Assembly (NCBI GenBank): GCA_047285535.1
Contig: JBJBDC010000001.1
Coordinates: 1,632,136-1,696,135 of the forward strand
Direction of reading: 5' to 3'
Length of the DNA stretch: 64,000 bases
DNA from: Synechococcus sp.
Lineage (GTDB): Bacteria > Cyanobacteriota > Cyanobacteriia > PCC-6307 > Cyanobiaceae
Every line of letters starts with the position of its first letter. Position 1 is the stretch's first letter. Below the pieces are notes generated by a model. The model saw only the letters and a list, made by a program, of their open reading frames with translations, was not told the origin of the DNA and did no database searches. Shown piece by piece: positions 21,756 through 30,161 of the stretch. The position numbers and the translations under genes are program-made.

Positions 21756-22806
21756 TGCTTGCGTCCTCTTCTTTGCTCTCTCTGCGCTGTTGCATCGATT
21801 CGGGTTCTATGAGGTCCACCTCCTTGAGGCTTTCGGCCATTGCTTTGATTCCATCTGGAACGATCAAGGCATGCAACGGCACCGTTCGAGCTAGTGCAGA
21901 TGCCTGCATAAACAGCTGCGCTTCTGCGTCCATGCCTCGATACATTCTGGCGTGAAAGGCTTGGTTGCGCAGGCGCATTAAGGCAGTTGTTTGTGAGAAA
22001 TTGCGTGAAGCCTTAATCGATACTTTTTCCTTTTCATCGCCTGCCTCAGTGTCATCTTCTTCACCCGAATCTTCTTGTTCGCGATGTAATACATAGATCA
22101 GCCGCAATGGTGTTGGCTGTGGCATGCAAGTTAACTCTTCAGCTAGCAATGCATATCGCTTGAGTCCCTTTCGTACAGGTGGTAGCTGCCCCCAATTCAA
22201 ATCCAGAGCTATAGCAGCGTCGTGCCAGAGTTTGAGCTGATGTAGTCCTGGCTGAACCAGCCCATCACTGCCAACGGCAACCAGCTCACTACTGAGTAAG
22301 CTCCAGCCGTCTTGAAGCAGACACCAGGCCAGGGTGGACTTACCGGCAGCTGGATGACCCAACAGGAGAATCGCCTCACCGCCACGCTCCAGCGCTGTTC
22401 CATGCAAAACCAATGCACCACGCTGGATCGCTAAGGCTCCAAGCCCACTGGTGACAGCAAATGTGCGGATGTCGCGGTCGCTGACGCTGTCGTCCCAGCG
22501 CTGCCATTCCAAACGCTCACCACCAGTGGCGCGAAACCAGCCAATGCCTTCAAGCTCCAGACGCCAATCCTGAGGAGCTAACTGCAGTATTGGCGTGCTG
22601 TGAGGACTCGGCTCAAAGCTGGGCCATTGCTCATGATCTCCCTGTTGGATTTGCAGCAGCGCATCACTAGCTGAACCGGAAGGTTGCAGTTCTGGCAAAA
22701 CCAAATCACTGCTGATCTCAGCTCCGAAGGCGCAATAGCGATGGGGCTTGATCAAAGGGTTAGTGAGGTTTATTGGATTGTCTCTTGAATTGGCCTGAGC
22801 GGGCAA
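21748..22806 (-). CDS. HPr-kinase-like protein of the type found in lasso-peptide clusters
   Basis: LVLHGTAL, Walker A GHPAAGKST, PGLHQLKLW; overlaps sulfotransferase start. Confidence 0.85.
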   Translation of the reverse strand: MPAQANSRDNPINLTNPLIKPHRYCAFGAEISSDLVLPELQPSGSASDALLQIQQGDHEQWPSFEPSPHSTPILQLAPQDWRLELEGIGWFRATGGERLEWQRWDDSVSDRDIRTFAVTSGLGALAIQRGALVLHGTALERGGEAILLLGHPAAGKSTLAWCLLQDGWSLLSSELVAVGSDGLVQPGLHQLKLWHDAAIALDLNWGQLPPVRKGLKRYALLAEELTCMPQPTPLRLIYVLHREQEDSGEEDDTEAGDEKEKVSIKASRNFSQTTALMRLRNQAFHARMYRGMDAEAQLFMQASALARTVPLHALIVPDGIKAMAESLKEVDLIEPESMQQRRESKEEDASND

Positions 22807-23051
22807 AAATGCACTGAAAGAACAAGAAATCCTGGCGAAGACACTTTTTTGTCAGGTTCAGCCAAATGGCTTCAAAGCTTGATTCGGATGCAAGTTCATG
22901 ATGAGGAAAAAGCAGTACAGCATGCCCCGCCACGAGCGGGGCTTTTTATTGCATACGCAGTCGCCTGACTCAAACCGGTCCACTTGTCTTGTCTCCAGTC
23001 GTGTCCTATCCACCGATCTTGTCCAGGGTGCAGTCCAACTCTCAACTCTTA

Positions 23052-23507
23052 TCAGTCGTCACCACCATCAAGACCCATTGCTTTGAGCGTGAGGCTAATG
23101 CGGTCATTTTCCTCAACTGCTTTATTTGATCCCTTTGTCGCTCCATCAACGGCAATCTTGCCTCCGGTCTTGAACACCAGCTCCTTGCAAATGTCATCAA
23201 ACACATCTGCTGCTTCTGGATGCCGCTTGAAATAGTCCGCAAGCCATACGTTCACCTCCTCCTGTGACTCGACATCACCTAGCAGTTTCTTATCAAGCAC
23301 GGCTCTGGCAAACGAGACTGATGGCTCCTCTTCTGGCGTCTCAGCCTCAGCGAGCACCCTGACCTTCAGCTCTAAGGTCTTCTCAACCTCCCAGAAGTCA
23401 ACACCTGGGAAAGCATCTTCCAAAAATGAAGCAACGAGTTTCATCTCCCTACTATCGGTGCTTAGTCGACTTTTTAGTAGTGGATAGATAGACACAGGTC
23501 TTACCAA
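23052..23507 (-). CDS. Hypothetical protein
   Basis: 151-aa acidic ORF; no family recognised. Confidence 0.55.
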   Translation of the reverse strand: MVRPVSIYPLLKSRLSTDSREMKLVASFLEDAFPGVDFWEVEKTLELKVRVLAEAETPEEEPSVSFARAVLDKKLLGDVESQEEVNVWLADYFKRHPEAADVFDDICKELVFKTGGKIAVDGATKGSNKAVEENDRISLTLKAMGLDGGDD

Positions 23508-23572
23508 ACAAGACCGATACCTTCACACCACATCTAACAAATCTGGCGTCTGTTGGTGTCTGCTTCAGTATC

Positions 23573-23791
23573 TGCTGATGGCATTGAGAGCAAACGATGC
23601 TGATGCATCCAGAAGTTGGCTTGCACTGGGTATTGAAGAGCTTAGTAGGGAAGTGGATGCTGAGGTTGAGTCTGAGTGGATGGTGCCGTTGTTGGTTGAA
23701 GAGGAAAGAGACAGGCTGATGGCTTGGCGGCGAGGGGTGATCCTCTCGCTCTTATGGTGAATCAGACAGCAGTGATCACTAACCGTTTGAG
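23573..23791 (+). repeat. Repeat C copy 1 (219 bp; encodes MALRAND… small ORF remnant)
   Basis: Direct repeat of 25935-26153 at offset 2362. Confidence 0.92.
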
Positions 23792-24141
23792 AGTTGCTGC
23801 AAGACGGCGCGGAGTTTGAAAAGCCTATTCATACCCACGACTTGGGGTCAACAAATGCGCTGCGGACCTCTTCTTTGATTGCCATTAAGGCAATCACCGA
23901 TGGGTTCACTATCTCGGCATATCACGTCAACCACACTTGGAGGACTATTGAAGAATTGATCGGCAGATTGATAGCAACCTGACACATCACACCTTTCCCT
24001 TGCAGGTTTGCTATAGCTATTAGGCAGGCAACATTTCCTCATGCTCCATTGATGTTACCTTTGTTAAATGAATGGTTAATACATCAAGACCAAGGTAAAT
24101 TACCTTCATCTCATGGATACATCTACTGGCGCCTGCAGACC

Positions 24142-25551
24142 ATGCTAAACCATCTTAAAGCAAGTTTATTCATAGTAATCGTAGGATTGTTAACTTCATG
24201 CTCAAGAAGTCATTCCATTTATTCCCCAAGCTTTGGGCCACTCACAGATGAAATCATTAGCAATATAAAACCTTCAAACCCGATGATCATTGTACCGGGA
24301 ATTGGTGGCACTCGGCTTGTCGATGCAGGCAACGGAGAAACAGCATGGGGATCCTACGGTTACAACACATTTTGGCCGTCTACAGAGAAAGACAATAAGC
24401 TTCTTTCCCTGCCTTTAAGCACTATAGAACAATCTTTAAACATTAACTACAATAAGGTTATTCCTAAGTCAGTTATTGACTCTGTGAAGATTGATTTGAT
24501 CCCTTTTTCATCTATCGAACTCTCTGTTTATGCGACAATTGTAAAATCCTTGAAAGACGCAGGATACTTTTCTGAAAAGATCGAATCTTTAAGCAATAGA
24601 AACGCACTGACACAAGAAACACCCATGTTTCAGTTTGCATACGATTGGCGCCAGTCCAATGCTCAAAGCGCAAAGGCACTTGAAAAATTTATAGAGAAAA
24701 AGTCAGAACAATTAGATCGTCAGAAACTTTCTAGCAAAAATCAAAAATTTGATATTGTTTGCCACTCGATGGGATGCCTGGTCGCCAGGTACTATCTGCG
24801 TTACGGAAGTCAGGGTCTAGGAACTGACGCCAACCCCCCTCAATTGGATTGGCGTGGCAGTCATAAGGTCGAGAATATCATCATGATCGCACCGCCAAAC
24901 AAGGGCTCAATAGAAGCATTTAGTAATATGATAAATGGCTTTCGTTTAAATCATATCCAGTTTCTAAAATATCCTGCAGCGGTTCTCGGTACTATGCCAT
25001 CTATGTATGAGCTTTTACCAAGAGAAGATATTTCCCAGGCAACTAATCATGAGGGCAAAGCGATTGATCTCCTAGACCCAAAGTTATGGCAATCCATGAA
25101 CTGGGGATTGCTCGATCCAGGTCAAGAAAAAATCTTGAATCAAATAGCACCTCAAAACATAACTTCAAATGAAAAATATCTACAAGCGAAGGAACTCCAA
25201 GCGAAATTGCTAGGTCAAGCACGGTTATTTCATTCACGTTTAGACCAAGAAGTTTCACCTCCCAAAGGTCTCCACTTTTGGCTATTTGCTGGTTCTGGAA
25301 AACCTACAGAGTCTAATTTAACTATTCATACAAAAGATAAAACATGGACAACTCAGCGAGTAAAAGCTGGTGATGGTGCAGTCTTGAGGCCGAGCGCATA
25401 TGCCATAAAAAACGCAAAGGTGCCAAAAGATGGTTCAATCATTCCGTGGGATAATGCAATTTTCTTTTTTTCGAGTCATATGGATTTAGTCAAGAACAAT
25501 GATTTCTTTGTGAATCTATATGATATTCTTCTTTGGAGAAGTGCTCTTTAG
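24142..25551 (+). CDS. LCAT/lipase-like alpha/beta hydrolase lipoprotein
   Basis: Lipobox LLTSC, VPGIGGTRL, YDWRQ, CHSMG nucleophile elbow, GDGAV and His near C-terminus. Confidence 0.88.
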   Translation: MLNHLKASLFIVIVGLLTSCSRSHSIYSPSFGPLTDEIISNIKPSNPMIIVPGIGGTRLVDAGNGETAWGSYGYNTFWPSTEKDNKLLSLPLSTIEQSLNINYNKVIPKSVIDSVKIDLIPFSSIELSVYATIVKSLKDAGYFSEKIESLSNRNALTQETPMFQFAYDWRQSNAQSAKALEKFIEKKSEQLDRQKLSSKNQKFDIVCHSMGCLVARYYLRYGSQGLGTDANPPQLDWRGSHKVENIIMIAPPNKGSIEAFSNMINGFRLNHIQFLKYPAAVLGTMPSMYELLPREDISQATNHEGKAIDLLDPKLWQSMNWGLLDPGQEKILNQIAPQNITSNEKYLQAKELQAKLLGQARLFHSRLDQEVSPPKGLHFWLFAGSGKPTESNLTIHTKDKTWTTQRVKAGDGAVLRPSAYAIKNAKVPKDGSIIPWDNAIFFFSSHMDLVKNNDFFVNLYDILLWRSAL

Positions 25552-25934
25552 CATGTCTTCTCGCGCATTGATCGCAATCACTCCAATCGGGTGAGTGTCC
25601 ATATCTTCGATTCACCCAATGGCTTGATGTGATTCAAATTCATCGATAGAAAAAGGGGCTTATGCGCATCACTACCAGCCCAAACAAGGTCGAAACACAA
25701 AGACCAAAAGTTCAATGCGATGCATTTACAATGCCTTAAATCAGCTTTCAATCCCTACACAATTGAGTGTAGCTAATAAAAGGTAGAAAAAAGCAGCTCG
25801 CTAAAAGTAGGAATCAATCAGGGACATTAAGGCGCGACATGATTGAGATTTTCTGAAGAGGGGGAATGCCAGAAGCAGTTGCCTCCTACTACTGACCCTC
25901 GACACTCAGATAACGCTGGCTTGGCTTCTGGGAA

Positions 25935-26153
25935 TGCTGATGGCATTGAGAGCAAACGATGCTGATGCATCCAGGAGTTGGCTTGCCCTTGACATTGAAG
26001 AGCTTGGGAGGGAAGTGAATGCTGAGGTCGAGTCTGAGTGGATGGTGCCTTGATTGGTTGAAAAGGAAAGAGACAGGTTGATGGCTTGGCAGCGAGGGGT
26101 GAGCCTCTCGCTCTTATGGGGAATCAGACAGCAGTGATCACTAACCGTTTGAG
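25935..26153 (+). repeat. Repeat C copy 2
   Basis: Direct repeat of 23573-23791. Confidence 0.92.
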
Positions 26154-26229
26154 GGATACGGAGTCATTCCGATTCAGAGATGGTGAATGCACGGGGGCAA
26201 CGAGACCTCAACAATCAACCACCAAGCCA

Positions 26230-26439
26230 ATGAAGACTTCCACCACCACTGATAACAGCAAATCCTTCGCTGTTCATGCTGTTACTGCAATCGCTATTGC
26301 CATGGCACCACTGGCCATCGCATCCAACATCGCGGCAATGAATGCAACACCTGCTGCTAACGCAGCAACCTGCTACTCAACCTGTTATGGCGAGCAATTC
26401 AAAACAAGTCGCTATGAATTCAAATCATCCACGATCTGA
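26230..26439 (+). CDS. Small secreted protein, probably truncated
   Basis: MKTSTTT…AVTAIAIAMAPLAIA…AANAATCYSTCYG: signal-like stretch then a Cys motif. Confidence 0.45.
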   Translation: MKTSTTTDNSKSFAVHAVTAIAIAMAPLAIASNIAAMNATPAANAATCYSTCYGEQFKTSRYEFKSSTI

Positions 26440-26479
26440 TTGCGGCTTGAAATTTTCAAACCAAAAAACGATCCATCTA

Positions 26480-26938
26480 ATGAAACAATTCACAGCACTT
26501 GCTACAGCTTCAATATTGATTTCTGCCATGCCTTCTATTGCTGACGATGAATATGAATTCTTCACTACGCCATCTAAAAACATTTGGTGTGTTAAAAGGC
26601 ATGATCGTTCGTCCAATAACCCCCTATCTGTCGAATGCGATGTTGCCAAGCATGCTTGGAAGAAATGGATACAAGGAGATCAGGATGGTTCTCATGGGAA
26701 TAGGTTTGTTATCCCAGGCAATGGCCCTGCAGAAGCAATCAACAGTTCAGATACATTGGTAGGTAGTTCCGGTCCTGTTTTACAGTATGGGAGCAAGGTT
26801 ACCTTTGGACTTCGTCCTGAAGACGGAACTATTACCTGCATCTCCGAAAAGATCGGGCTTACATGCACAAACAAAAGCGGTGGCTTAATGCATTTAAATC
26901 GTGAGTTCTATATCCTTAACAAGCCAGTTCCTAAATAG
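26480..26938 (+). CDS. Secreted DUF6636-like protein, paralog 2
   Basis: FTTPSKNIWC…TCISEKIGLTCTNKSGGLMHLNREFY; homologous to 1261-1713. Confidence 0.75.
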   Translation: MKQFTALATASILISAMPSIADDEYEFFTTPSKNIWCVKRHDRSSNNPLSVECDVAKHAWKKWIQGDQDGSHGNRFVIPGNGPAEAINSSDTLVGSSGPVLQYGSKVTFGLRPEDGTITCISEKIGLTCTNKSGGLMHLNREFYILNKPVPK

Positions 26939-27123
26939 ATATTTTGTCTTCTTTAGACATCATTAGCAGCCATAGCCTGGGAAATCAGTCCAAAACAGTC
27001 GGCAAGAAACGATGCCCGCCCAAGTGGTGATCAAATCTTTTGGGTGTGAGCAAGATCATCGCTGCTCATGACCGAGGTCATCGCGTGATCCAATCAATCA
27101 AGCGATCGTGAATTCAGTGAATC

Positions 27124-27795
27124 ATGAAGTCAATCATGAAAAGATTTTTCACACCAATTCTTGCACTCACTCTATTAACACCTCTTATCCTTGCGGAAAA
27201 TTCTCGAGCGATAGCAGGGCAAAAATGCAGAGGTTGCTCTGGCAAGATTAGAATCAGAAACATAAATGAGGGAATTCATCCATTACGCGGATCAAGCATT
27301 CATCCTGTACTCGGATCGACAATCCACAAACCTGCTTCCTGGTTCACCATTGCTGAAGCCTCTGGGCGCGCTTGTGCGAGCAACGCCACAAGATGCAGAA
27401 AAAGAGCTCGTGATGCAATGATACGAATGTATAAAAATATATGGGAAAAAAGATGGACTCACTCCACGCACGGTGCCAGCAGTTTATGGCCACCAAATAA
27501 ACCAGGACGGCCCGTTGCTGGGTTGCGCTGGTCAGGAATCTATCCTCATATTAAGCCTGATTCACTCAAAGACAGAATTGAAGCCACAGCTTGTTGCGAC
27601 ACGAGAGTTCCAAGCAATGGCCTCTATAAGTTCGACCTTGAATTTTCTGTCAATGGGGACAGAGGATGTGATGGTAGAGAACCCTGGAAAGGTTATTTTC
27701 AATTTTTTCCCGGCTACCTAACCAACACAGTATCTGCTGCAACGGCTTACACAGTTGACTGCAGAGAGGTGCGAAGAAGAGGATTGTGCGGTTAA
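27124..27795 (+). CDS. Secreted Cys-rich basic hypothetical protein
   Basis: Signal peptide, multiple Cys, IHPxxGSxIH internal repeat. Confidence 0.7.
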   Translation: MKSIMKRFFTPILALTLLTPLILAENSRAIAGQKCRGCSGKIRIRNINEGIHPLRGSSIHPVLGSTIHKPASWFTIAEASGRACASNATRCRKRARDAMIRMYKNIWEKRWTHSTHGASSLWPPNKPGRPVAGLRWSGIYPHIKPDSLKDRIEATACCDTRVPSNGLYKFDLEFSVNGDRGCDGREPWKGYFQFFPGYLTNTVSAATAYTVDCREVRRRGLCG

Positions 27796-28910
27796 TTGTC
27801 TTGCGGGTGAGCCCACATCAACAGATAAAGCAACTCGTTAGAACGTTGTAATGCCAAGGCATCTTGGCAAGCCAATTGTCATTGGGGAATGAACGCCCGA
27901 TAAGGAAAGGTCTGTAGCTTGCAACGCCAATCCCACCGCGCATGCTCCTCACCACAACTTTATTGATCCGTTGCCGTCATGCTGCTTCTCTTGTTTTTCA
28001 AAGTCGGGTGGAGTCGATAACAGCTTCCCGCTTAAAGCATCAGCGACCGATCCAGCATCGGAATATCCGTCGAGTCATGAAACCAGCTCAGGAGCACGTT
28101 CCTTTAGTTCAACAGCAGTGAAGATATTCGACTTTTCAAAAGTGGTTCAATCGGTTGGTCAAACGCCGCCGCCATGCGCCTGCCAACGCCTTAGAACTTG
28201 GAGATTATTGCCGAGATAGTGAGACATCCTTCACCAACAAAAGGAATCACTTTATTCTCGTGAAGACCGAAAAGTCGTTTTTCTGGCTCGCTACAACAGG
28301 GGCTATAGGATTGAGTCCTGAGTTATGCAATTCCCTGGGCCTGGAAAGGATCCCTAACCACCCGTTGTTGATGCCTTAGGTGCCCTTACAGGCGGTGAGC
28401 GAGTCAACGCCACCGAAGAGGATTTCGTTCCAATCGAATCAGCCTGATGCAATAAAAACCCCGCTCGTGGAGGGGGTAATGTTGTTCGTTGCTTGTCTTT
28501 AACATCAGACGATATCACCACCTGGACTGGTACTAAACCCTACATAGAGCATGAAGTATCAAGAAGTTTTAGTTATAGACCCATGTCGGCTTAGCTCAAG
28601 TATTAAAGCGAAAGCCAAGATCAATAGTGCATATTGTTTCCATTCCTCTAACTCAGTTATTTTACCCTCTAATTGTGTAAACAGTAAAAACAATAGATAA
28701 GCGACAGTAATCAAGAGAAGAAGGCTCGTCATTGACTTGAGTATGCGAAGAGCAGAGCCGAGGGTGTTCAGCTAATGCACTCAAGATCTCCTGAATCCAT
28801 GAATTAGTTGATGAAGCGTGTCACAGTCGTTAGTGATATTGGTCACAGGTGATGCCAGACAATAGTAAACCCCGCTCATGGCGGGGCTCATTAATCCTAA
28901 AAACCACTCA

Positions 28911-29108
28911 TCAGTACATATCTCCAGGAATGAGGAGATACATTTCACCAGGGATATATTTCATCTTCTGAACAAGTTCACCCGAGTTCGCAAGTTCTTT
29001 AAGGTTGTAAGAACCTTTTGCATTACGAAGTTTTTGGTTCCAGTGGGTTTCTGTGCCCGCACCGCTAACAGATTGCAGTTGATCGAGTGTGAGTTCGTTG
29101 TTGGTCAT
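28911..29108 (-). CDS. CCRG-2-type double-glycine-leader peptide
   Basis: MTNNELTLDQLQSVSGA leader; core ends IPGEMY..IPGDMY. Confidence 0.8.
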   Translation of the reverse strand: MTNNELTLDQLQSVSGAGTETHWNQKLRNAKGSYNLKELANSGELVQKMKYIPGEMYLLIPGDMY

Positions 29109-29200
29109 TGTTTTGAATGAGGTTGTGGAGGTGTGTTCCTCCGATGCACACACCATCTCTCGAATGAATCGGAGAGGTGATGGCTTGCATCAAACAGGGA

Positions 29201-29216
29201 TGTGATCTTGCTCACA
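29201..29216. promoter_or_regulatory. CRP-family binding palindrome TGTGA-N6-TCACA
   Basis: TGTGATCTTGCTCACA about 90 bp upstream of the peptide start; near-copies at 36966 and 27045. Confidence 0.6.
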
Positions 29217-29330
29217 GGGTTCCAGAAAGCCTGGTGAAGTGGGCCGTTTCAGCGTTGCTGTTCTCAGCTGACCAATCCCTCAAAGGCCTAGAGGCTCACG
29301 CCCAGCTGCCAAGCCATCAGCCTGTCTCTC

Positions 29331-29729
29331 TCAAAGATGTCTGTGGGCGAGATCACAGGCTGAAGCTAGTGCCGTCGCCAGGCTGATGTAGAAAAAAGAC
29401 GCTCTCTTGTCCCATGAACCCATTTGTTGTGAAAGCTTGCTCACCGATACTTTTGCGAGCTGTCGTCCTGTGCGAGTCGCTCTTGGAGCCTTTTGTTTTT
29501 TGTGTTGGTGAGGCTTGAAGACATGATCTGAACCGGAGTGCCCTGCAACGGTTTTTACCAATGCCCATGGTCGTCCTTTGATGTTGACGACTTCTCCAAT
29601 CTTTAGGGCTGGGTTAGGCCCGCAGCTGTCAGCTGAATGGCAAAGGATGACTTCATCGTTGAATCTGCAGTCGCCATCTTTTGTCCTGCCGCAACTTGGA
29701 CAGGAGGTCTTTCCTCCTGAGGAAAGCAT
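29331..29729 (-). CDS. Primase-type zinc-finger protein (mobile-element replication remnant)
   Basis: CPSCGRTKDGDCR…ILCH zinc-binding motif; C-terminus appears truncated. Confidence 0.55.
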   Translation of the reverse strand: MLSSGGKTSCPSCGRTKDGDCRFNDEVILCHSADSCGPNPALKIGEVVNIKGRPWALVKTVAGHSGSDHVFKPHQHKKQKAPRATRTGRQLAKVSVSKLSQQMGSWDKRASFFYISLATALASACDLAHRHL

Positions 29730-30161
29730 TGTTCATGCATCCCACCTCATCGTTTCGATGGATGCAGAATCTACACGAGTAAAGCTGCTAAATGCTTCAT
29801 TCACAACACCAAGATATAATTGTGAAGCGGTAGGTCTGACCAGCACAGGAAAGACAATCTTGCGTTGCTGCTAATATTTTTGCCTGGAAATCTGGTGCCT
29901 AACGGCTGAAAGCTATACAAGACTTGCAAGGGGGGAAAAGAGAGCGTTGACCATGAAGCTATCTATCTCCCGACAAACTACTTACCAGCCCTGCCTTGAA
30001 TGGGGTATTTATTGCAACGAGGGAAAGCTTTAAGCAGTTGCACCCAAGCGATGCATCTTCAAACGTTGACCACGGAAAAGTTTGACTTTATGCGGCTTCT
30101 TCACTGTTGCTTTTAAGCAGGCTTTATTGCTAGAACAAATAGTGTGGCTTGTTTTGTAGCA

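Noticed and set aside
27950..28200. Possible helicase/primase remnant on the minus strand
   Set aside because: Interrupted by stops, with no diagnostic motif I can support.
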